A DNA stretch of 64,000 bases from the human T2T-CHM13v2.0 reference genome, Homo sapiens: assembly GCF_009914755.1 (NCBI RefSeq), contig NC_060925.1. The stretch is one strand, 5' to 3'. The notes beneath the pieces are model-generated. The model ran no database searches. It was given only the letters and a program-made list of their open reading frames with translations, and was not told where the DNA came from. The translations under genes and the position numbers were made by a program. Each line of letters opens with the position of its first letter. Within the stretch, counting starts at the first letter, position 1. Positions 52,777-64,000 of the stretch are shown piece by piece.

Positions 52777-53024
52777 TCAGTAAATACTCCATAATATGGT
52801 CAAAAAGTCTAGAGTGCAAAAATATATATAGATAGATTAAAAAAAAATCTAGGGTGGAAGTAAAAAAGAGGAACTGGATTCATGGGACTGTTAAGAAAGA
52901 ACTTTCTACTAGTAAGGGTACTGAACGTGGTAGTTGCCTAACCAGGGAAGCTGGAGGAAATTTATGTTTACTTCTGACAAGAAATGTGGCTATAGAGTGC
53001 CTGATACTTGTGTTGACATGTGAG

Positions 53025-53258
53025 TGAAGCAGAGTGTTGAAGGCCTTGTACCTGGACTCCTGGATTTGAATCCTGGTCCTGCCACTTACAAGCTACGTGA
53101 TCTTGGGCAAATTTCTTAAGCGCTCTGCCTTAGTTTTCTCATCTATAACTTGAAGATAATGTTTTAGCATTGTTGACAGGATCTAATGTATATAAGGTGC
53201 TTACAACAGTGTATGGCATACAATAAATAGTATGCAAATAGGTAGCTATTACTACTGT
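53025..53258 (+). mobile_element. MIR SINE
   Basis: cctggatttgaatcctggtcctgccactt...gtgatcttgggcaaatttcttaa...tagttttctcatctataa. Confidence 0.85.
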
Positions 53259-53417
53259 TAAAATATATATTTTTTCAATCACAGTGGTGTTGCCTTTGAA
53301 AAACCTTCAGCAGTGGTATAGATCCTGATCTACTGAATGTTTTAGAATAGTCTCTCTGATAATGCAGGCATGTGTTCCAGCAGATGTCCTCATGCCCAGT
53401 CCAGCTGCAGAACTTTA

Positions 53418-53816
53418 CTTATTTATTTATTTTTTATTTTTTGGTTATTTGAATTTCTTTTTTTTCTTTTTTTAAATTTATTATTATTATACTTTAAGTT
53501 TTAGGATACATGTGCACAACGTGCAGGTTTGTTACATATGTATACATGTGCCATGTTGGTGTGCTGCACCCATTAACTCGTCATTTAGCAGTTAGGTATA
53601 TCTCCTAATGCTATCCCTCCCCCCTCCCCACACCCCACAACAGTCCCTGGTATGTGATGTTCCCTTTCCTGTGTCCATGTGTTCTCATTGTTCAATTCCC
53701 ACCTATGAGTGAGAACATGTGGTGTTTGGTTTTTTGTCCTTGCGATAGTTTGCTGAGAATGATGGTTTCCAGCTTCATCCATGTCCCTACAAAGGACATG
53801 AACTCGTCATTTTTTA
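53418..53816 (-). mobile_element. Short 5'-truncated L1PA3-like element (copy F)
   Basis: 3'UTR plus the end of ORF2; TSD agaacttta at 53409-53417 and 53817-53825. Confidence 0.93.
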
Positions 53817-54983
53817 AGAACTTTAGAAATTTGGACGCTGCTTCTCTTTCCTGGGGCTTCAAGGTGAGACACACTCTGCCTAGATGGACTCAGTTACCCA
53901 GGACTTTGGCACCCTCTAGTGCATGATAAATGTTGATGCTTTCCAGTTCCCCCCAGCATCTTAGAAAATCAGAGCAACCCCGAGCAGCAAATCATCCCAT
54001 TGTAGAGGGCTGCTGGGAAAACCCTGCACCCTTGTCCAGGATAGACCTTGTAGGATCAACTGGGAGATCTTGATGTACATTTAAGATCCTGACTCTGCAT
54101 CAGCAGCAGCAACAGAAGCTAGCAAGAGGCTCCATGACTTTAATCAGCATTCACCGCCAAGTCCATTATCTGTGTTGCTGAAAATGTGGGAGAGACATTG
54201 TGGTCATGTGTCAGCCTGTGAAGGATATGCTGACAGCCACATCCCAGAAAAATGCTGCAATTAAACCAAGTCTGAATGCTGTTCAAGCAAAGATGTAAGT
54301 ACATTTAAAGTGAGAAACATGAGTGAAGAGGCCTCTGTGGGAGTTTAGAAAGGAAGAGACCAAGAAGATTGATTCTCATTCAGGTCATCATAAAACATTA
54401 CACGAAGGAGGGAACATGTCAAGAGTTTTTGCTATGACTGAAGAGAGAAGAATTGTTTGCCACAGAGTAGGTGGGATAGAGAAGGCAGAGCCTGAGGTGT
54501 GCGTGGACTGAGAGAGAATGAACTGTGCCTTGCATAGTGGTGAGTATCCTCACTCCTGAACACTGTTTCTACATCTTTCTTGTCAAAGGAAAAGTTGGGG
54601 TGGGTTAGGGAAAGAGTGAGGGCCCCTTTCCCTTTATTATAGTCTTAGGATTAAAGGATGAGAGAGACAGAATGGCCAACCCCAGGCACATGTGTCCTGA
54701 GCTGAGAAGGACTCCTGAGTAAGTGAGTGGGTTAGTAAGTCCCTTCTGGTCTGGACGTCTTCCCTGGGTCTTCTTTTCTGTGAATGCCAAATGCCATTTA
54801 TCCACTGGGATGTGCTCCCTACCCTACATATACCATGACATAGGTACGATGTAGGGAAGTAAAGCAGTGAACAACTTTTACTTTATCTGGACACCTGGAC
54901 TGAGGATGATCTTGCCAATAAATCTACCCTACTTTACTTCCATTTTGGCAACATTCACTAACACCACGAAAAACACCATTTTC

Positions 54984-54986
<3 letters not shown>

Positions 54987-55016
<30 letters not shown>
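54987..55016. repeat. (TG)15 microsatellite
   Basis: Direct reading of the sequence. Confidence 0.97.
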
Positions 55017-55020
<4 letters not shown>

Positions 55021-55043
55021 GCAAGGAGGGGTGTTAAAACTTA

Positions 55044-55251
55044 CTACATATCAATTCTAAGATCCAGGGGGGCTTTATTTACACTTTCCTATCTCTGAAA
55101 TTGAGATACCTCTTACATATAATATGGTGCATCATAATTTAATTGGTGGCAATTTTTATTTTTTCATAATATATAAAGTAATAATAAAATTGGAATTCAT
55201 CTTCCAAATTGTTGATATCTATCTTGATGATGATAACTGATGAAATCTGGT
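55044..55251. mobile_element. MER104-like TcMar MITE
   Basis: tcaattctaagat...atctctgaaattgagat...cataatttaattggtggca...gatgaaatctgg matches the remembered MER104 consensus. Confidence 0.65.
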
Positions 55252-55374
55252 AGTATGAAGCATGTTACCTAAATCCCTTCCAGAAGTCTGCCTTGCCCAA
55301 TAATACCCCAAATATTTCAAATGCAAAATTTATTCTTCTGAATTATTGCAACTCAGATCTAAGGCATAAATATT

Positions 55375-56280
55375 TGCAGTGGATGCCATGGTGATCTTCC
55401 CAGAATACCCCCACCTAGGACTGGAATTGTTGTTGGTCAATAGCTTTCAGATGAAGAGAACTGCCCCTCCCTCAAACCTCATCCCCATCTTGGGGTCAGG
55501 CCACATCCAATGATTGGTTTATGTGGAGATGTGAAGGCTTGCCTCCTTTCCCCATTTGGGATAACTATAGAAGGCCATCCAATTCCAGAGCTTCCGGTAG
55601 GATTGGCTGAGGCCTTTGTTACACTGATTTTTATTTCAACTTCTCCCTTTGCCAATTATGCTTCCTTTACTTTTCCTGCATACACAGCTCCATCCTAAAG
55701 CCTGCTTCTCGAGCAAGTTAACCTGAAGCAACTGGTACCAGGAGCATCCCAAGAAACTCTAATATGGGGTTTTGGAGCTTCATCACCTGCTGGTGGACCA
55801 GCAATAGGATGAAGGTCTGAGTCACTATACCATGTAAGCTTCTTCACTAGCAGAGGTACAAATAGTGAAGGGACTCTAGAATGGAGGTTAGGAGGCATGG
55901 AAGAGGGAGATAATATCAATTGTTGCCTGAAGCACAACTGCAATGGCAAGGACTGTAGTTTATGCCACTAACCTTCCCATCATATGTTCCTACCAGAAAA
56001 AGGCCCAACAAAATCCTGGAGGAGATTTTATCAGAACTTATTACATGGAGCAAGCAGATACAGACAGTACAAGGAATAGACTACAGTGGATGCCATATAG
56101 TCATATACGTACTTCTCAGCTCTTTCCTATAGGACTAAAGCATGCATTCTCCCAGCTGCTTGGAATGAGAGTGGCCAATAGTTTTCACCTGAGCTCCTCT
56201 TGAGGCCTTGCCCTCAGGTGGAGACAGAAGCCTCCTTGCCTCTAAAGGTCAGGCTGCCTGCAATGACTGCTCATTGCATG
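55375..56280 (+). mobile_element. Internally deleted ERVL provirus: LTR16-like LTR (55375-55730), short internal part (55731-56081), partial second LTR (56082-about 56280)
   Basis: Both LTRs start t(g/a)cagtggatgccat; LTR16 motifs ggccacatccaatgattgg and aggattggctgaggcctttg; internal part starts actggtaccaggag. Confidence 0.7.
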
Positions 56281-56734
56281 TAATCTCTGGAGGCCATATT
56301 TAGCTAGACTAAGTTCCTATTAAACAGGAGATATTGTGAATTTTTGACTTTAGTGTGAGGTGGCAAAAAGAAAGTATATAGTAAAGGTCAAGAGTAGAAA
56401 TTTAGAAATGGCTGCTTTACTTGTCTATGCCAGAGTTTCTTCATCTGAAAATGAGGTTGATAATAATGCTTTTATGTCATAGGAAGGTTGTAAGTTTTAA
56501 CTTTGATATTATTTAATATATATAATAATCTCTAGACATATAGTAGGCAATCCGTTTATGGTTGGTATTATTATCAGCTATTCTTTCTTAATTCTAGGGC
56601 AAAGAATTACCTCCTTACTTCTACCAGCTGACCCAGGCAGAGTCCAATGTATTTCCCTGCAGAATAGATTGAGGTTTCTTAATCCTCTCATTAGTGAGGT
56701 TGCAGGAAAGTATTCTAAATGTATTTTTAAAATT

Positions 56735-57141
56735 CTAATTTTGTCAAAAGACTCCAGTAAGATAGTGAAAAGTCAGGCTACAGGGTGAGAGAAAATATTT
56801 ACAATACTTGCACTTGACAAAGATCTCATATCACAATATATAAAAAACTCTTACACATTAATAATTAAAAACCCCAGTCAACTCAACAGAAAAGTGGGCA
56901 AAAGTCCTGAACCAAACATACCTGCTGGAAAGGCTAAAAGGGGAGTTGCCAAGTGTTGGGAGGATGCGGAGGAACTGGAACTCTCTATACTGCTGGTGTT
57001 AACACAAAATAGTATATTCATTTTGACCAGGTGCAGTGGCTCACGCCCGTAATCCCAATACTTTGGGAGGCTGAGGCAAGAAGATTGTTTGAGGCCAGGA
57101 GTCTGAAATCAGCCTAGGCAATATAAGCAGACCTAGCTCTA

Positions 57142-57174
<33 letters not shown>

Positions 57175-57906
57175 GCCAGGTGGTGCGTGCCTGTAGTCCC
57201 AGCTACTTGGGAGGATGAGGCAGGAGGATCACCAGAGTTCAGGAGTTCAAGGCTGCACTGAGCCATGATCACGCCACTGCAGCCTGGGTGACAGCAAGAC
57301 CCTGTTTCAAAAAATATATATTTTGAAACAGTATATATAGCGTATTCATTTTGGAAATCTGGTGGATTCTACTTAAGCTGGGCGTGTGCATTCCCAAACA
57401 CCCAGCAGTTCTACCCTTAGGAATATACCCAAAGAATTGCATACATATTTTCACCCAAAATATTTAAGAATAGCCATAGCAGCACTATGTATAATAGACA
57501 ATGTAAAAAATGAAAATTGGCTAACTACCCATCGATGTTGGAATGAGTAAACACATTGTGGTATAATTACACAATAAATACTATACAGTAATGAGAATGA
57601 ATAACCAATAACTACATAAAGGAATGAATCTCATAAACTTAATATTGAGAGAAAAAATAAGACAAAACATACATACTGTAGGATTTAATTTTTATAAAGG
57701 ACATATCTGACAAAATTAATCTATGCTATTAGAAGTGCAATACTGGCAACCTTTGGGCAAAGTATTGACTTCTGTGTGCTAGTAATGTTCTACTTTTTGT
57801 TCTGGGTGTTGGTTACATGGATACGATTATTTTATAAAAATTCATTGAATTTTATACCTTTGTGTACTTTTATGCATATATTTAGGCTTTAATAAATAGT
57901 TAAAAA
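56735..57906 (+). mobile_element. Old L1ME-like 3' portion, split by an AluJ
   Basis: gagagaaaatatttacaat...gccaagtgttgg...ggaactggaactctc...gaatgaatctcataaac...aataaatagttaaaaa. Confidence 0.8.
57025..57337 (+). mobile_element. AluJ with expanded middle A-tract (A26) and palindromic tail
   Basis: TSD tagtatattcatttt (57010-57024) / tagcgtattcatttt (57338-57352). Confidence 0.93.
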
Positions 57907-60773
57907 TATATCACTTATACATACATAACTAGCAAACTATATTTCTTTGGCTTCTAGGAGGCTCATACCTTGCAGAAGCAAGGAGGAGCTGAATTATCTT
58001 AAGTATCATCATCATCATCACCATTGCCAAAGGAAGAGGCCAAAGAGGTTGGTGGGGGTGAAGGGAGAATCAGATAAAAGAAATAGAGAGTTGAAGGGAA
58101 GATTTTGAATTTGTGTTTGAACCCAGTGATTTGTTCACATTTGTTAGGCCCTCTCTAGCCCCTGGGGCACCAAGTCAAGACTTATTTTGGCTGATGTCAT
58201 TGACATATGCAAATAGGCTAAAAACTTTTCCCCAGTTTCCCAAATGTGTTAACAAAGCTGAATTATGAGCAGCAATTTATTTTTATTGACATTTGAAGCT
58301 TGAGAATGTGGATGATGTTGACAATGACAGCATGTTGATGAGGCAAATTATATACTAGGCTTGAATGTGAGTTGGGGAAGGGAGAAATACCTAGAGAAGG
58401 TGTCCCTTGGAGATGACTGCTACTGTGGTAGACCCTCTTTCCCTTTTTTACTGTCCCCTTTTTACCGTTTTTACTTGTCAGGAGCCTATGTCAGACATTC
58501 GTAGCTATTGTCCCACCAAGAACTGGCTACTACTATTTTTCCTCCCTATCTGAAGATTTCTGCTTTCTCTAACTCCAGTTTCTTTTTTGTTTAAATAATT
58601 TCTTTTTAATTTCTGTGGGTACATAGTAGATAGTAGGTATATATAGTAGGTACATAATAAGTACCCATTAACCATCCCCACTTCCTCCCAATTCCCTACT
58701 ATCTTTCCCAGCCTCTGGTAACCATCCTTCTGCTCTCTATCTCTATGAGTTCAATTGTTTTAATTTTTAGCTCTCACAAATAAGTGAGAACATGCAAAGT
58801 TTGCCTCTCTGTGCCTGACTTATTTCACTTAACATAATAACCTCCAGTTCCATCCATGTTGTTGCAAATGACAGAATCTCATTGTTTTTTATGGCTGAAG
58901 AGTACTCAACTATGTAAATGTACCACATTTCTTTATCCATTCGTCTGTTGATGGACATTTAGGTTGTTCCAAAATTTGGCTATTTTGAATAGTATTGCAA
59001 TAATCTCTTCACTGCAATAGCAGTGCAGATAACCTCATCAACATACTGATTTCCTTTCTTTTGGGTATATGCCCACCAGTGGGTTTGCTAGATTATATAA
59101 TAGCTGTATTTTGAATTTTTTGGGGAACCTCCAAACTGTTCTCCATAATGGTTGTACTAATTTACATTCCCACCAACAGTATTCCCTTTTCTCAACATCC
59201 TCACCAGCATTCATTATTGCCTGTCTTTTGGATAAAAGCCATTTTAATTGGGGTAAGATGATATCTCATTGTAGTTTTGATTTGCATTTCTCTGATGATC
59301 AACAATATTGGGCACCTTTTCATATATCTATTTATCACTTCTATATCTTCTTTTGATAAATGTCTGTTCAGATCTTTTGCTCATTTTGGATTGGATTATT
59401 GGGTTTTTTCCTATAGAGTTGTTTGAATTCCTTATGTATGCTAGTTATTAATCGCTTGTCATATGAAGTCTTTTGAAAATATTTTCTCCCATTTGTGGGT
59501 TGTTTCTTCACTTTGTTAATTGTTTTCTTTGCTGTGAAGAAGCTTTTTAACTTAATGTGATCCCATTTGTCCATTTTTGCTTTGGTTGTCTGTGCTTGTG
59601 GGGTTTATTCAAGAAATCTTTGCTCAGTCCAATGTCCTAGAGAGTTTCCTCAGTGTTTTCTTGTAGTAGTTTCATAGTTTGAGGTATTCGACTTAAGTAT
59701 TTGATGCATTGTAATTTGATTTTTGTATATGGTGAGAGATAGCAGGGGGTCTAACTTCATTCTTCTGCATATGGGTATCCAGTTTTCCCAGCACCATTTA
59801 TTGAACAGGTTGCCCTTTCCCAATATATGTTCTTGGAACCTTTTTCAAAAATGAGTTCACTAGGGCTGTATGGATTTATTTCTCGGTTGTCTATTCTGAT
59901 CCATTGGTCTATGTGTCAATTATGCCAGTACCATGCTGTTTTGGTTACTGTAGCTCTGTAGTATCACTTAATGTCAGGTAATATGATTTCTCCAGTTTTG
60001 TTGTTCTTGCTCAGAATTGCTTTGGCTATTCTGGGTCTTTTGTGGTTCCATTTAAATTTTAGGATTGTTTTTTCTATTTCTGTGAAGATTGTTATTAGTA
60101 TTTTGATAGAGACTGCATTGAATCTGTAGATTGCTTTGGGTAGTGTGATCGTTTTAACAACACTGATTCTTCCAATCCATGAACATGGAATATATTTCCA
60201 TATTTTTGTGTGTGTCCTCTTCAATTTCTTGCATCAATGTTTTATAGTTTTCATTGTAGAGATGTCACTTTTTTGTTAATTCCTAGGTATTTTATTTTAT
60301 TTGTAGCTATTGCAAATAGGATTACTTTCTTGATTTCTCTTTCAGATTGTTCACTGTTGACATCTACAAATGCTACTGATTTTTCTATGTTGATTTTGTA
60401 TCTTGCAATTGTACTGAATTGTTTATCAGTTCTAATAGTTTTTTGGTGGAGTCTTTAGGTTTTTCCAAATATGAGATCTTATCATCTGCAAACAAGGATA
60501 ATTTCTTTTCTTGCTTTCCACTTTTGATGTCTGTTATTTCTTTTGCTTGTCTTACTGCTCTAGCTAGGACTTACAGTACTATGTTGAATAACAGTGGTGA
60601 CAGTTGGCATCCTTGTTGTGTTCCAGATCTTAGAGGAAAGGCTTTCAGTTTTTCCCCACTTAGTATGATGCTAGCTGTGGGTCTGTTGTGCATGACTTTT
60701 TTTAATGCTGAAGTATGTTCCTTCTAGACCCAGTGTTTTTTGGGGTTTTTATCATGAAGGGATGGTGATTTTT

Positions 60774-60811
60774 TTTTTTTTTTTTTGAGACGGAGTCTCA
60801 CTCTGTTGCCT
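60774..60811 (-). mobile_element. Ultra-short Alu 3' end (about 25 nt plus tail)
   Basis: T-run + gagacggagtctcactctgttgcc; TSD gggatggtgattttt (60759-60773) / gggatgctgaatttt (60812-60826). Confidence 0.85.
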
Positions 60812-61700
60812 GGGATGCTGAATTTTATACAATGCTTTTTCAACATCAATTGAAATGGTCATATAGCTTTGTCCTTCATTCTGTTGATATGATATATTAT
60901 ATTGATTGATTTATGTATGTTGAACCATCTTTGCATCCCTGGGATAAATCCCACTTGGTCATGATGAATATTTTTAATGTATTACTGAATTTAGTTTGCT
61001 AGTATTTTGTTGTGAATTTTTGCATGAATGTTCATCAGGAATATTGACCTGTGGTTTTCTTTTTTTGATCTGTCTTGCTCTGGTTTTGGTAGCAGGATAA
61101 TACTGGGCTCATAGAATTAATTTGAAAGCATTCCTGTCTCTGTTTTTTGGAATAGTTGGAATAGGATTGATATTAGTTCTTCAAATGTTTGGTAGAATTT
61201 AGCAGTGAAGCCACTGGGTCCTGGGCTTTTCTTTGCTGGGAGACATTTTATGATGGCTTTGATCTCATTATTTGTTATTGATCTGTTCAGGCTTTGGATT
61301 TCTTCATGGTTCAATCTTGTTGGGTTGTATATGTCTAGGAATTTATCCATTTCTTCTAAGTTTTCTAACTCATTGGCATATAGTTGCTTATAGTAGCCTC
61401 TAATAACCCTTTGAATTTCTGTGGTATTGGTTGTAATGTCTCCCTTTTCATCCTGATTTTATTTATTTGGGTCTTTCTCTCTTTTTGTCTTAGGCTAAAG
61501 GTTTGTCAATTTTGTTCAATTTTTCAAAAAACCAACATTTTGTTTCATTGATCTTTTGTATTGTTTTCTGCATTTCAGTTTCATTTATTTATGTTCTGAT
61601 TATTATTATTTCTTTTCTTCTACTAACTTTGGGTTTGGTTTGCTTTTGCTTTTCTAGTTCTTTAAGATGCATTGTTAGGTTGTTTGTTTGAAATTTTTAA

Positions 61701-61936
61701 TTTTTTTTATTATTATTATACTTTAAGTTTTAGGGTACATGTGCACAATGTGCAGATTAGTTACATATGTATACATGTGCCATGCTGGTGTGCTGCACCC
61801 ATTAACTCGTCATTTAGTGTTAGGTATATCTCCTAATGCTATCCCTCCCCCTTCCCCCCACCCCACAACAGTCCCCAGAGTGTGATGTTCCCCTTCCTGT
61901 GTCCATGTGTTCTCATTGTTCAATTCCCACCTATGA
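61701..61936 (-). mobile_element. Short 5'-truncated L1PA3-like 3'UTR (copy G) inserted in the L1MA
   Basis: TSD aaatttttaa at 61691-61700 and 61937-61946. Confidence 0.92.
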
Positions 61937-64000
61937 AAATTTTTAAATTTTTTGATGTAGGCACTTAACAGCTATAAATTTCCTTCTTAGTACTGCTTTT
62001 GCTGTATCCCATAGGTTTTGGTATGTTGTGCTTCCATTATCGTTTGTTTCAATAAGTTTTTCAATTTTCTTCTTAATCTCTTAATTGACCCACTGGTCAT
62101 TTGGAAGCACATTGTTTAATTTCCATGTGTTTGTATAGTTTCTAAAATCCCTCTTGTTATTTGATTTCTAGCTTTATTCCATTGTGGTCAGAGAAGATAT
62201 GTAATATGATTTCAATTTTTGAATGTTTTAAGACTTATTTTGTGACCTAACATATGGTCTATCCTTGAGAATGATCCATGTGCTAAGGAAAAAAAATGTG
62301 TATTCTGCAGCCTTTGGATGAAGTGTTCCATAAATATCTATTAGGTCCATCTGGTCTATAGCGCAGGTTAAGTCCAATGTTTCTTTGTTGATTTTCTGCC
62401 TGAATGATCTATTCAATGCTGAGAGTGGGATGCTGAAGTCTCCAGCTATTATTGTATTGGGGTCTATTTCTTTCTTTACTTCTAATAATATTTGCTTTAC
62501 ATATCTGGGTGCTCCAGTGTTGGGTGCATATATATTTACAATTTTTATACCCTCTTGCTAATTGACCCCTTTATTATTATATAATGGCATTCTTTGTCTC
62601 TATTTATAGTTTTTGTCTTGAAATATGTTTTGTCTGATATAAGTATAGATACTCCTGTTCTTTTTTCTTTTTATTCACTTGGAATATCTTTTTACATTCA
62701 TTTATTTTTAGTCTATGTGTGTCCTTATAGTTGAAGTGTGTTTCTTGGAGGCAACAGATTTTTGGGTTTTGATTTTTTTCATTTATTCAGCCACCCTATG
62801 TCTTTTGACTGGGAAGTTTAATGCAGTTACAGTCAATGTTATTGATAAGTGAAGACTTACACCTGCCATTTTGTTATTTGTTTTCTGGGTGTTTTGTAGC
62901 CTTCTCTTACTTCTTTCTTTCCTTCCTGTCTTCCTTTAGTGAAGGTGATTTTCTCTGGTCTTATGATTTAGTTTCTTACTTTTTATATTTTTTGTATCCA
63001 TTTTATATATTTTTTTGAGATTACCATGAGACTTGCAAGTACTATCTTATAACCCCTTCTTTTGAACTGATGACAACTTAACACTGATTGCATAAATAAA
63101 TAAACAAGCAAAAAGAAAGCTAATTAAACACTGCACTTCAACTTTGTGCCCCCATTTTTAAACTTTTTGTTTGTTTCTATTTATACCTTATTGTACTTTA
63201 TCTGGAAAAGTTGTTGTAGTTCTTATTTTTTATTAGTATTAGTTTATCTTTTCATCTTTCTACTTAAGATATATAGTTTACATGCCACAATTACAGTGTT
63301 ATAATATTCTGTGTTTTTCTGTTTACTTACTATTACCAGTGAGTTTTGTGCCTTCATATGATTTTTTATTATGCATTAATGTCCTTTTCTTTCAGATAGA
63401 AGAACTCTCCTTAGCATTTCTTGGAGGACAGGTCTGGTGTTGATAAAGTCCCTCGCTTTTGTTTGTCTGGGAAAGTCTTTATTTCTCTTTCAGGTCAGAG
63501 GGATTTTTTGCCAGATGTACTATTCTGGGATAAAAATATTTTTCTTTCAGCCCTTTAAATATGTCATGCCACTCTCTCCTGGCCTGTTAGGTTTCCACTA
63601 AAAAATCTGTTGCCAGATGTATTGGAGTTCCATTGTATTTCTTTTTTTTTCTCTTGCTGCTTTTAGGATTCTTTCTTTATTCCTGACCTTAGGGAGTTTG
63701 ATTATTAAATGCCTTGAGGTAGTCTTCTTTGGATTTAATCTGCTTGGTGTTCTATAACCTTCTTGTACATGAATATTGATATCTTTCTCTAGGTTTAGGA
63801 AGTTATTATCTCATTTAATAAACTTTCTACCCCTATATTTTCCTCTGCCTCCTCTTTAAGGCCACTAACTCTTAGATTTGCCCTTTTGAGGCTATTTTCT
63901 AAATTGGTCAGGCATACTTTATTCTTTACTCTTTTTTCTTTTGTCTCATCTGACTGTATTTTCAAATAGCTACAGTGTACCTTCTGCTGCCACAGCTGAT

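Larger units (their letters stand above)
58595..63970 (-). mobile_element. L1MA-like element (L1MA1-3 type 3' end) extending through ORF2 into ORF1
   Basis: tttctgtgggtacatagtag...cccagcctctggtaaccatcc...ctctcacaaataagtgagaac; decayed ORF2 peptides such as IPCSWIGRI and MDKFLDIYN. Confidence 0.9.

Overview
Primate (most likely human or great ape) non-coding DNA. I found no credible host protein-coding exon, RNA gene or CpG island. Roughly half the window is LINE-1. It contains three full-length but ORF-disrupted L1PA elements on the - strand (labelled A 22315-30419, C 31347-37479, D 43501-49957), four 5'-truncated L1PA copies (B 24141-25511 nested in A; E 50750-52395 on +; F 53418-53816; G 61701-61936) and older L1M/L1MA/L1ME fossils. 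There are also 11 Alu/FLAM/FRAM insertions, most with readable target-site duplications (TSDs), several ERV LTRs, DNA-transposon MITEs and MIR/L2/CR1 relics. The long ORFs in the track are L1 ORF1/ORF2 fragments, Alu read-through or low-complexity artefacts. I see no new protein-based biological system. The two most unusual signals are: (1) independently inserted L1 copies share patches of non-consensus variants, including the same RT catalytic Asp->His change in A and D, which suggests a local network of non-allelic gene conversion; (2) a multi-template-switch junction at 21871-22238 inside the old L1M. Subfamily names are from remembered consensus features, not from a RepeatMasker run.
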